Assembly: GCA_964449165.1 (NCBI GenBank)
Contig: CAYVAT010000004.1
Span: 91,317 to 155,316 of the forward strand
DNA from: an uncultured Eubacteriales bacterium
Lineage (GTDB): Bacteria; Acidobacteriota; Aminicenantia; Aminicenantales; Aminicenantaceae
Length of the DNA: 64,000 nt
Direction: 5' to 3'
Shown here: piece by piece, positions 18,785-27,433 of the stretch
How positions within the stretch are numbered: the first letter of the stretch is position 1
How the letters are laid out: every line of letters starts with the position of its first letter
Made by a program: the position numbers and the translations under genes
The notes under the pieces: model-generated
The model's input: the letters and a program-made list of their open reading frames with translations, nothing else
Told to the model about the DNA's origin: nothing
Databases searched by the model: none

Positions 18785-19833
18785 TAGAATTCCTTTAAAT
18801 CATTTTGTGCCTTTCTCAGATCCTCCATCTGACCTATATCCACCCAGTATTCATGTATGGGAAAGGTTGTGACTGGCAGCCCTTTTCTCACCAGCTCTTT
18901 GATTAAATCAGTCATGTCAAATGCTGTATTTGCAGGAATGAGGGATAATGCTTCAGGATTAAGCATGTAAATGCCGGCGTTACAAAGGAACCTCTGGTCG
19001 GGTTTTTCTTCAATCCCTAAAAGATAATGGCTGGATATATTGAGAACGCCAAAAGGAATATTCAACGTGTATTGTGTTGCTGCTACGGTCATAACACATC
19101 TGTGCAGCTTGTGGAACTCGATCAACCTTAGGAAATTGGTCTTTGTTATCACATCACCATTGATCACGAGAAGGGGGCTTGATGGAATCTCTGGTAAAAG
19201 CGTCAAGGCACCGGCTGTACCTAATTCTTTTTTCTCCTTCAGATAGGAAATGTTTACGCCATATTGGGAGCCGTCCTTAAAATAATCTTCAATCATCTCA
19301 GTTTTGTAGTTTAAGGAGATGTAGATATTAACAATTCCGCTTTCTTTTAAGTAATTGATGATATTCTCTAAGATGGGCTTATTACCCACTTTTATCATGG
19401 GTTTTGGAATATTTTCTGTAACAGGTCTTAAACGTTTACCTTTGCCGCCGGCCATAATGACTGCAAATTGATAAGCGTCCAGTTCAGAAACGATGTCTCT
19501 GAGATGTATAATCTTTAATGGACAGCCGTTCCTGTCAAGGATGGGAATGTTCCTGATCAAGTGTTTATTCATCAACTCTTTCAGTTCTTTTTCTGAAGTC
19601 CCATGAGGAGCGGTCAAGGGTTTGGTCCACATAACATCGGTCACAGGCTCATCAATGGAGCATCCTGCGAGAAGGAAGCGTCTGATATCACCGTCTGTAA
19701 CTGTGCCCTTTAAACATCCCTTTGTATCCACAATAAGGGCAATCCCCTGTTTATTTTTATCTATCACTCCCATACACTCGCGAACGGTGGCTGATTCCTT
19801 TAAACAAAATTGATTTATATTTTTGTCCTTCAT
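18784..19833 (-). CDS. CBS-pair + sugar-phosphate nucleotidyltransferase fusion (PtmE-like hexosamine-1-phosphate nucleotidyl/guanylyltransferase)
   Basis: N-terminal CBS pair (TVTDGDIRRFLL...) followed by AVIMAGGKGKRLRPVTENIPKPMIKVGNKPIL NTP-transferase signature; start set at ATG 19833 (ATGA overlap with upstream stop) rather than the ORF-track start at 19947, whose N-terminal extension overlaps the upstream gene. Confidence 0.8.
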   Translation of the reverse strand: MKDKNINQFCLKESATVRECMGVIDKNKQGIALIVDTKGCLKGTVTDGDIRRFLLAGCSIDEPVTDVMWTKPLTAPHGTSEKELKELMNKHLIRNIPILDRNGCPLKIIHLRDIVSELDAYQFAVIMAGGKGKRLRPVTENIPKPMIKVGNKPILENIINYLKESGIVNIYISLNYKTEMIEDYFKDGSQYGVNISYLKEKKELGTAGALTLLPEIPSSPLLVINGDVITKTNFLRLIEFHKLHRCVMTVAATQYTLNIPFGVLNISSHYLLGIEEKPDQRFLCNAGIYMLNPEALSLIPANTAFDMTDLIKELVRKGLPVTTFPIHEYWVDIGQMEDLRKAQNDLKEF

Positions 19834-21038
19834 CAGTATGTCATCCTTTTCTGGAGTAAACGCATATTTATATCGATTGTTGCCAGGACATGCGCTATCT
19901 GTTCTCCTGCATTCCCGGCACCATAAGGATTTTTCGAGTTTCTGCATCGTCTTCTGAATCCTTCATCATCCAAAGCCTTTCTTACCGCATTGATGATTTC
20001 GTCCCTGTTATAACCCACATCAATGACGTTATCTGCTCGCAAACGGCCATTCTGTCTTGACCCGACATTAACCACAGGACACCCCAGGGCCGGTGTCTCT
20101 TTTATGCCACTGGAGGAATTTCCTACGCAGACTCCTCTTCCTGCTCTTCCACAGATATTCAGGACTCCATGATAATTGTAGCGCCCCAGGCTCTTATAAA
20201 TCCGAAGATTCTTGAGTCTCTCTTTCCTTAATTTTTCGATCTCCTTTATAATTCGCCTCCCTCCGGCATCATTATTCGGGTAAGTGACGATAACCTGGCA
20301 GCCTTCCTTTGCCAGGATACGCATGGCTTCTAAAGAGGGCCTGACCTGTTGAGCTGCTTTTTCAAATTCGGTGGTCACAGAGTGCTGGGTAAACAGGATG
20401 ACCGGTTTATCAGGTATGAGACCGTAGGTTTCCTCGATTTCAGCAGGTGTGGCAAAATGACCAGCAACGATGAGGTCAATTGCGGGGAATCCCACATTGT
20501 AGATCCTCCAGCGCTCCTCTCCCAGGAGTCGTACACGCTCTGCTGCCTGTTCATTGGTGGTAAAATGGAGGTGTGACAACTTAGTCATTGCATGACGTAC
20601 AGAATCATCCAGGGCTCCTCCCTCTGTAATATCTCCTCCTTCTACATGGGCGGTGGGAATGTTCATCTGGGTTGCAGTTATGACCGCAGAGAATCCCTCA
20701 AAACGATCAGCATAGACAACAAGGAAATCAGGTCTTATTTTGTCCAGGATGCGGCTCAAACTCAAGATCCCAGAACCAATTGCTTGAGCTGTGGAGAACA
20801 GGGTATCTTCCTCCATTTCAATCTTTACTTCAGCATATACCTTAAAACCGTCTTTCTCGATTTCCTTCAGTGTATAGCCGAAGTCTTCCTGAAGATGTGC
20901 TCCTGAAACCAATAAAAAGTATTCCAGCTCAGGATGGGCGTCTATTGCCTTCAAGATAGGATATTGAAGCCCGTATTCAGCACGGTTTCCTGTAAAAACG
21001 GCAATTTTTCTTTTATTGGAGGGTATTTTTCTAGTCAT
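19833..21038 (-). CDS. UDP/GDP-N-acetylglucosamine 2-epimerase (hydrolysing), NeuC/LegG family
   Basis: KIAVFTGNRAEYGLQYPILKAI...HVEGGDITEGGALDDSVRHAMTKLSHLHF typical of NeuC-type 2-epimerases. Confidence 0.85.
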   Translation of the reverse strand: MTRKIPSNKRKIAVFTGNRAEYGLQYPILKAIDAHPELEYFLLVSGAHLQEDFGYTLKEIEKDGFKVYAEVKIEMEEDTLFSTAQAIGSGILSLSRILDKIRPDFLVVYADRFEGFSAVITATQMNIPTAHVEGGDITEGGALDDSVRHAMTKLSHLHFTTNEQAAERVRLLGEERWRIYNVGFPAIDLIVAGHFATPAEIEETYGLIPDKPVILFTQHSVTTEFEKAAQQVRPSLEAMRILAKEGCQVIVTYPNNDAGGRRIIKEIEKLRKERLKNLRIYKSLGRYNYHGVLNICGRAGRGVCVGNSSSGIKETPALGCPVVNVGSRQNGRLRADNVIDVGYNRDEIINAVRKALDDEGFRRRCRNSKNPYGAGNAGEQIAHVLATIDINMRLLQKRMTY

Positions 21039-22002
21039 ATCCCTTGAGTGTTAATGACAGTCCTTCAGATAATGTATATCTAGGCTTCCATCCAGTAAAT
21101 TTTTTTAGAAGGCTGTTGTCAAGGATCAGCGTTGAATTTGAAGGCTCATAATTACCTTGTGGTTGAACTTCGTTGATGGGAACAGAGCCTATGCGGCTTG
21201 CCATCTTAACCAGATTAAAAACAGTTGTTCCGATCCCAGTTGATAAATTGACAGTATAACATCCATGCTTATCTGTGGAAACAAATAGATGTATCAGGCC
21301 TTCAATAACATCATCGACGTATATGAAATCTCTTATCGGGGTTAAATCACGAACAACAATTCTTTCGCCATTTTTAATTCTTTTTATAACAGTGCTAACA
21401 ACCGTATCTTCATTGCTTCCTAGCCCATAGACATTGCCTAATCTAGCGATAAAACAGGTTATTTTAAAACTCTTTGAATGACCTGTTATTATTGCTTCTG
21501 CGGATAATTTCAAGCCGGCGTAGATATTTTGAGGAGTTGGGGAAGTTTCCTCGGTCACCGGCTGCCTATGATAATCTCCGTAAACAAGCCCGGTGGATGG
21601 GAAAATGAATTTCCCTATTTTGTTTTGTCTGCAAAATTCTAATGCCTGAAAAGTCAGTAATACATGTGATTTGAAGGCCTTTAGCGGATTTTCTTCACAC
21701 TCTCCTGCGTGAGCAATGCCTGCCATATGAAATACAGCGGTTATACCTCTTTTTTCTGACAGCAGTTCAGATAGTGCTTCATCTGATTTCTCAGGAAAAC
21801 CCCCATGGATAAAACGAAAGGAATTATGCAGGATAATTTCGGCAGAATGTTTCGGAAATTGTTTGTTGGAATCAATCCCAACAACAAATGCTCCATTATC
21901 CAGGAGAGCCTTCACTAAACGGCTGCCCAAGAATCCGCTGGCCCCTGTGACCAGGATTCCGTATCTTTCTAAACTACCAGTTTTCGATATCATCGGGGCC
22001 AA
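21031..22002 (-). CDS. NAD-dependent epimerase/dehydratase-family SDR
   Basis: ILVTGASGFLGSRLVKAL Rossmann motif, YAGLK YxxxK. Confidence 0.75.
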   Translation of the reverse strand: MAPMISKTGSLERYGILVTGASGFLGSRLVKALLDNGAFVVGIDSNKQFPKHSAEIILHNSFRFIHGGFPEKSDEALSELLSEKRGITAVFHMAGIAHAGECEENPLKAFKSHVLLTFQALEFCRQNKIGKFIFPSTGLVYGDYHRQPVTEETSPTPQNIYAGLKLSAEAIITGHSKSFKITCFIARLGNVYGLGSNEDTVVSTVIKRIKNGERIVVRDLTPIRDFIYVDDVIEGLIHLFVSTDKHGCYTVNLSTGIGTTVFNLVKMASRIGSVPINEVQPQGNYEPSNSTLILDNSLLKKFTGWKPRYTLSEGLSLTLKGYD

Positions 22003-23011
22003 TCTGAGAGTCCTTTTGAATATCTCTTGCGGCTTTCTTGCCCAGTACCCTGTTAAGTTCGGGTGCTAAAATGGCTCCAGTCCCGGGTCTTTTTACCCAT
22101 GTGTTTTCAAGAGAGAACACTTTTCCAGCCCTTACAGGAGCAATGGCCACAACAGAGGCATAGGCAAAATCGATGACTGGTTGTTCCTCCGGCAGGATAG
22201 TTTTATGGCCACCCAGGGCTGAAAATATTGCTTTTGAACCTTTTACTAGCTCTGTCAGCTCATCTGGCTCTATAGAAATTGGAACGTCGGGACCGGGCCA
22301 CTCACGAGTTATCGTGAAGTGTTTTTCAAGGGCAGCAGCCCCTAATGCCACAGCACCCAGGCATGTGTATATGCCGATGGAATGATCACTTAGCCCGACA
22401 GGTAAACCAAACATATCCTGCAGCTCCTTTATAGCGCCGAGACGAACCTTTTCATATGGGGTCGGATACATAGAAGTGCAATGCATCAGCATGAGAGGTG
22501 TTTCATATTTTTGAATAGCCTTAACTGATTTTTTAATGGATTCCACATCATTCATTCCAGTTGATAATATTATTGGCTTTCCGAACTTGGTGATATGTTC
22601 CAATAGGGGAATATTGTTGCATTCACCTGAGCCGATCTTGAAAGCTGAGACATTTATAGACTGGAGACGGTCTGCTGCCTCTCTGGAAAAGGGAGTACAG
22701 AGGTATATGATTCCTTTGTCTTCACAGTATTTCTTTATCCGTATTTCCTCCTCCCCAGTCAGCTCGCATCTCTTTATTATGTCCCAAAGACGCTCTTCGG
22801 ATATCTCACCTGGTTTCATGTCTGTGGGAATCATTTCAGCCTCTGTGATATGACTTTGAAATTTTACACAGTCAGCCCCTGCCTTGACTGCCGCATCCAC
22901 ACACTGGATTGCTTTATCAAAGCTCCCTTCATGATTGATGCCTACCTCGGCTATTATAAAAGGTGGATATTGAGGGCCGATTTTACGGTGATTTATCTGG
23001 AATTCCATCAT
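21974..23011 (-). CDS. NeuB-family nonulosonic acid synthase, copy 2
   Basis: FIIAEVGINHEGSFDKAIQCVDAAVKAGADCVKFQSH plus C-terminal SAF domain; clearly paralogous to, but distinct from, copy 1. Confidence 0.85.
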   Translation of the reverse strand: MMEFQINHRKIGPQYPPFIIAEVGINHEGSFDKAIQCVDAAVKAGADCVKFQSHITEAEMIPTDMKPGEISEERLWDIIKRCELTGEEEIRIKKYCEDKGIIYLCTPFSREAADRLQSINVSAFKIGSGECNNIPLLEHITKFGKPIILSTGMNDVESIKKSVKAIQKYETPLMLMHCTSMYPTPYEKVRLGAIKELQDMFGLPVGLSDHSIGIYTCLGAVALGAAALEKHFTITREWPGPDVPISIEPDELTELVKGSKAIFSALGGHKTILPEEQPVIDFAYASVVAIAPVRAGKVFSLENTWVKRPGTGAILAPELNRVLGKKAARDIQKDSQIGPDDIENW

Positions 23012-23101
23012 TTATTAACCTCTTTCTTACAGGATAATTGTCGAAGTGAACCATATTAAAAGGAATGATAATAAATTCTTATCTCAAAAGATTCTTTTTT
23101 A

Positions 23102-23956
23102 TCACCAGGCTGTCCAGCCGCCATCGATGACCAGAGTCGCCCCTGTCATGTAGCGGGATGCATCGCTGGCAAGGAAGAGGATGGCACCGTTATAATCTGA
23201 CCAGGTGGCCATTCTTCCTAAGGGAGTGCGTTTCACATATTCTTTATGGAATGAGCTCTCCTGGCCGTCATAGACACCACCCGGGACGAGAACATTGACC
23301 CTGACATTGAATTCTCCCCATGATGCTGCCAGATGCCTTGCTAATCCTATCAATCCTGCCTTGGATGCAGAATAGGAGGCAGGACAATTCAACGGGTCAG
23401 CACCTCCATAAATATTTTTTTCTGGTGAGCAACCTTTGTAGATCCTCTGGTCTGGCCCCACGATGCCGTATATAGAAGAAGTTAAGACGATTGAACCTGC
23501 GCGGGATTTTTTCATGTAGTTTACAGCCTCCCGGCAGCACAAAAAAGCTCCGGTCATATTTCCATTCAAAATACTCTTCCATGTGCTTACAGGATACTGG
23601 TCTAAAGGCCTATAATATCCATCTGGTTTTGTCATGACGTTGTAGATAAGGATATCCACTCTTCCCCAAGAATGATGAATCTTTTTGAATAACTCTTGAA
23701 CCTCCATTTCTTTGCTCGCATCGCATTTCAACCCCATCACAGAAGTGCCTGTCAGAGTCGTAACCTCTTTTGCCACAGCTTTACATTTTCTGGCATCGAT
23801 ATCACCTAGTGCGACATTTGCCTGTGCATATCCTAATGTAATGGCAAACTGTCTCCCCATCTTTCCTGCTCCGCCAATGATGACTGCTGTCTTTCCTTTC
23901 AGGTTGAAGAGGGACTCAACCTTATTGAGTTCGGGTATTTTAGAGTAGTCAGACAT
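23102..23956 (-). CDS. Classical short-chain dehydrogenase/reductase (PtmA-like)
   Basis: KTAVIIGGAGKMGRQFA TGxxxGxG-like motif, YSASK catalytic YxxxK. Confidence 0.8.
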   Translation of the reverse strand: MSDYSKIPELNKVESLFNLKGKTAVIIGGAGKMGRQFAITLGYAQANVALGDIDARKCKAVAKEVTTLTGTSVMGLKCDASKEMEVQELFKKIHHSWGRVDILIYNVMTKPDGYYRPLDQYPVSTWKSILNGNMTGAFLCCREAVNYMKKSRAGSIVLTSSIYGIVGPDQRIYKGCSPEKNIYGGADPLNCPASYSASKAGLIGLARHLAASWGEFNVRVNVLVPGGVYDGQESSFHKEYVKRTPLGRMATWSDYNGAILFLASDASRYMTGATLVIDGGWTAW

Positions 23957-24668
23957 TTGTTACCTCTCTGGATTGTTTCATTAAGAATTCGACAATCTTA
24001 AAATCCAATTCCGTATCAATATGAATGGACCGCTCTTCTGGAACCAGAAAGAGACGAGTACGAGGGGGGATTCGCTTGCCGATATCCATGATTGCCTCTC
24101 TTGAGTATATCCATACGGTGGTGTCAAGATCATACACAGGAGGGCACTCCTGACGGCATCCTATATCCCTGTCTGTGGGCATCAATATCTGGACAAAACC
24201 GTCTTCTAAACAAACCATATTAAAATAAGGGCTGCGGTGCGCTTCACATCCAGAGACTACGGCTTGGCAGGCACCATCATGGTGAAACAGTGACAAGGCT
24301 TCTTCTACGTCCTTGACCTTACGCAGGGGGCTGGTTGGATCTAACAATACTAGTATCTTCACTCTTTCTCTGTATATTTCCTCAACGGACTGAACGGCAT
24401 GCTGCATCACCGGCAGCATCGGTGTGTCATCCTTTGCCAATTCAGGAGGCCTGATAAAAGGGACCTCAGCTCCCCATTTTCTCGAAATTTCTGCGATCTC
24501 CGAATCGTCTGTTGAAACGATTGGCTTATCTATAAAAGAGCAGGCCCGTGCACACTCGACAGTATAAGATATCAAAGGTTTTCCCAAAAGGTGTCTGATG
24601 TTTTTCTTTTTTATACCCTTTGATCCACCCCTTGCAGGAATAAGTCCGAGCACCAGACCTGAATTCAT
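23949..24668 (-). CDS. CMP-nonulosonate cytidylyltransferase, copy 2 (LegF/PtmB/NeuA-like)
   Basis: LGLIPARGGSKGIKKKNIRHLLGKPLISYTVE...VSTDDSEIAEISRKWGAEV. Confidence 0.85.
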   Translation of the reverse strand: MNSGLVLGLIPARGGSKGIKKKNIRHLLGKPLISYTVECARACSFIDKPIVSTDDSEIAEISRKWGAEVPFIRPPELAKDDTPMLPVMQHAVQSVEEIYRERVKILVLLDPTSPLRKVKDVEEALSLFHHDGACQAVVSGCEAHRSPYFNMVCLEDGFVQILMPTDRDIGCRQECPPVYDLDTTVWIYSREAIMDIGKRIPPRTRLFLVPEERSIHIDTELDFKIVEFLMKQSREVTNV

Positions 24669-24676
24669 TCCTAAAC

Positions 24677-25708
24677 CTATTGACTTTTTATCTCAGAAGG
24701 CCTGACAGCCCTCCTGGTTTCTGAAGCTTTATGGGCAGCTAATGCTACCTTAAGAACAGCGATTCCGTCTTCAAGATCAACCGCTGGATTGTCTCCATTC
24801 TTTATCCTGTTCAGGAAGTGCTTCATGTGATCGACAAACATGGTATTCCTCTCGAATGAAGCCGGTTGATCGAAAATTCGGGCCTCTGATGTTCCTTTAA
24901 TGCTGAGCGTAACTTTACCGGAGCTGTAATCCCACGAGAGAGTACCTTTACTCCCCACAACTTCACAATCGCGTCTATAGTAGGGACTTAGGTAGTCCAT
25001 CTCGACTTGAGCCACCAGTCCATTGCCAAATCTCAGCAGAATCTGGGCAACATCTTCTGTTTCAATCTCCAGGTCAGATACATGATCGAGGAATGCGGCG
25101 ACATCGGAAACAGGGCCAAACCACCAGTAGAGATAATCCAATTCATGAATCAGGTCAAAAAGCACCCCACCTCCCTGATCTGATTTTGCACTGTAAGAAT
25201 GGCGGTAATCCTGTTCGGGGCGCCAATCAGGCAGATAGTGTCCAACGCTGGCTCTTGCTAAATAAGGCTTGCCGATTTCGCTCCTTTCCAGAAGCTCTTT
25301 TATTGATTGCAGGCCGGGATGAAATCTCATCATGCATCCAACTTCGATAACGAGTGATTTCTCCTCTCTCAGCCTCTTAAAATCCTCAATCCCTTCTAAG
25401 CTGTTCGATAATGGCTTCTCGAAGTATATATGAATTCCTCTCTTTGCAGCCGCAATGGCTGTCTCCATATGCTGATCAGTACGATTACTGATTATGACTG
25501 CATCTGGCCCGGAATCAAAGGCACTCTCTAAGGACGGAAAGACTCTAATCCCATGTTTTTTAGATAGCCCCTTACTTCTTTCTCCCCTATAACTGTAAGC
25601 AGACACAGACGTTCCTAAAGCAAGCAAATTCTTTATATGTCTGGTCCCGATTGAGCCGGTTCCCACAACAAGAACCTTTAAGTCTTTAAACAACACGGTT
25701 GGCTTCAA
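24677..25708 (-). CDS. Gfo/Idh/MocA-family NAD(P)-dependent oxidoreductase
   Basis: KVLVVGTGSIGTRHIKNL N-terminal Rossmann fold and ...IYFEKPLSNSLEG... consensus of GFO_IDH_MocA. Confidence 0.8.
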   Translation of the reverse strand: MKPTVLFKDLKVLVVGTGSIGTRHIKNLLALGTSVSAYSYRGERSKGLSKKHGIRVFPSLESAFDSGPDAVIISNRTDQHMETAIAAAKRGIHIYFEKPLSNSLEGIEDFKRLREEKSLVIEVGCMMRFHPGLQSIKELLERSEIGKPYLARASVGHYLPDWRPEQDYRHSYSAKSDQGGGVLFDLIHELDYLYWWFGPVSDVAAFLDHVSDLEIETEDVAQILLRFGNGLVAQVEMDYLSPYYRRDCEVVGSKGTLSWDYSSGKVTLSIKGTSEARIFDQPASFERNTMFVDHMKHFLNRIKNGDNPAVDLEDGIAVLKVALAAHKASETRRAVRPSEIKSQ

Positions 25709-25868
25709 TGGTTATAAAGATATACAATTTCTGTCATCCAGCAGTTCAGAAAGTTACTTAACTGGACCTTGAAAATCGGCCTTTTTTTGTTCTCGAGAAG
25801 GCCAGGATTTTCGAACTCTTTATAGAGGGCAAAAATTGCTGATAAGATTTATTGAGAAAGCATCACCT

Positions 25869-26975
25869 TTATTTTGAGGAATCTTTGCTCTTTCTTATGA
25901 AATCGACGATTAAGGCCAGAAAAAAGCCTAGGAAAAGAGAAACAAACCCGCTTATCATGACCATCCTTGTCCTTCTTGGCCGAATGGGTCTAGAACTGGC
26001 AAAAGGCTCTTGGACAACGTGAATCAACTTAACATCTGTGGATTCTTCTTTACTCTTCACTTCTTTAAGTTTTTCTAAGAGACGCTTTAAACTCGGCCTT
26101 TCTGTCAATAAGGAATCGTACCTTGAGATGAACTCTGAGAAATCTTGGCCGATATCGGGCTTTTTTATTAATTTTTCCATTATTAAAAGCTGGTTGCTAA
26201 GGTTCCTTTCAGAGTTTTCGAGCAGCTTCTGCTGAACTCCTTGTCCCTCCCTGTTAGTCTGGAGGGTTGTGTTTAATGTATCTTTATAGGCTATGTTCTG
26301 CTGAATAGTGTTTGAATAGAGTAACAGAGCAACAGGATCCCCTTTACCTCCTTCGCTCAGCATACGGTCTCTTTGTTTGATAATAGATTCTGTATTTTCA
26401 TCAATCATCTTAATCTGCTTCCTTATTTTTGTTTCTGCGTCTTTCAACAGTTTTATCTGGTTTATGTAAAATACAATTTCATTTAATATCTCTTTAAACT
26501 TGTCTATTTTCGATGTGATTTTCCACGAAAAAGATTTTTCTATCTGGTTAAGCAGTTCTCTCATTATTATCTCACCCTGTTCAGGGTCTGTTGTGTCATA
26601 AGACACATTGATAATATAGGCCTCTCCGGGTTTTTTAGCAGTAAATTGCAAGCCAAAGGGAGGGATATTTAATGCATTAAAAATCTTCGGGTTATAGATT
26701 CCACCATTGATAAAGGAAACCATCTCATCGATTTTAGCTACTGGGACAAGTTCAACTTTCATGGTTTCAGGATCTAACTCCTCGATAGCCCCAGGACTTA
26801 ATGAAGCTGTTACCCTGTATACAGGTGTTATCATGTAGCTTCTTACTAAGGCAGCAATAACTGACAAGATGACGATTCCGATAATAATAAATTTCCATCT
26901 CCAGATGACCTTAATATAGTCATAGAGATTGATATTATCCTCGTAATTATCGGTCTTATATTCCGGGTTTTTCAT
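25869..26975 (-). CDS. Wzz/PCP-family polysaccharide chain-length determinant
   Basis: N-terminal TM (WKFIIIGIVILSVIAALV), long coiled-coil periplasmic region, C-terminal TM (VMISGFVSLFLGFFLALIV): classic PCP topology. Confidence 0.7.
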   Translation of the reverse strand: MKNPEYKTDNYEDNINLYDYIKVIWRWKFIIIGIVILSVIAALVRSYMITPVYRVTASLSPGAIEELDPETMKVELVPVAKIDEMVSFINGGIYNPKIFNALNIPPFGLQFTAKKPGEAYIINVSYDTTDPEQGEIIMRELLNQIEKSFSWKITSKIDKFKEILNEIVFYINQIKLLKDAETKIRKQIKMIDENTESIIKQRDRMLSEGGKGDPVALLLYSNTIQQNIAYKDTLNTTLQTNREGQGVQQKLLENSERNLSNQLLIMEKLIKKPDIGQDFSEFISRYDSLLTERPSLKRLLEKLKEVKSKEESTDVKLIHVVQEPFASSRPIRPRRTRMVMISGFVSLFLGFFLALIVDFIRKSKDSSK

Positions 26976-27058
26976 CCTGTGTCGAACCTCCCGTTTTTAG
27001 ATTTGTGAAATTCTTGCTTCTTCTATAATGACATTCCTTTATGCTGAATTATTATAGC

Positions 27059-27433
27059 TTAATCAGTATCTCGAAGTAATCCTTTTTTCTCTGTTTGTGA
27101 TAATGGATAATTCTCATCGCTAATTTCTTTCTCTAAATCTTTCTTTAATTCTTCAATCTCAATTCTTAAGACATCGTATTCATGCAACTTTTTATCCAGA
27201 AAATGATATGTAAGCTCCATCTTTTTCTTTATGCCTTTGGGTGTCAGAATATACATATAGGCAAGCTTTTTCTTTGAGTTTTTGAATTTCTCTGCCTTGA
27301 TCAGGCCTTTATCAATAAGGGCATTGAGGACGTAGTTCACCTTGCCAAGGCTGAGACCAAGCTTTTTAGAAAGGTCACGCTGGGAGAGGGTTTTGTCCTT
27401 TGCCAGTTCCTTCAGGATTTTAAGATTGTCCAT
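27059..27433 (-). CDS. Small winged-helix transcriptional regulator (MarR-like, EPS-locus-associated type) at the head of the glycan locus
   Basis: 124 aa; LSQRDLSKKLGLSLGKVNYVLNALIDKGLI helix-turn-helix with following wing; first gene of the co-directional block. Confidence 0.55.
   Translation of the reverse strand: MDNLKILKELAKDKTLSQRDLSKKLGLSLGKVNYVLNALIDKGLIKAEKFKNSKKKLAYMYILTPKGIKKKMELTYHFLDKKLHEYDVLRIEIEELKKDLEKEISDENYPLSQTEKKGLLRDTD

Noticed and set aside
18784-19947. ORF-track N-terminal extension of the CBS-nucleotidyltransferase (MQKLEKSLWCRECRRTDSACPG...), which looks like a Cys-rich zinc-ribbon
   Set aside because: The extension lies entirely within the 3' end of the upstream NeuC-like gene in another frame. 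An ATG at 19833 forms a typical ATGA stop-start overlap and gives a protein beginning right before the CBS pair. The long form is most likely an ORF-caller artefact.
25709-25868. Possible intrinsic terminator/attenuator in the 160-bp gap between Wzz and the oxidoreductase gene (palindrome TTCTCGAGAA flanked by GGCC...GGCC and a T-run on the minus strand)
   Set aside because: The stem is only 4 bp outside the short palindrome and the geometry is poor. More likely just a spacer or internal promoter, not reported as a feature.
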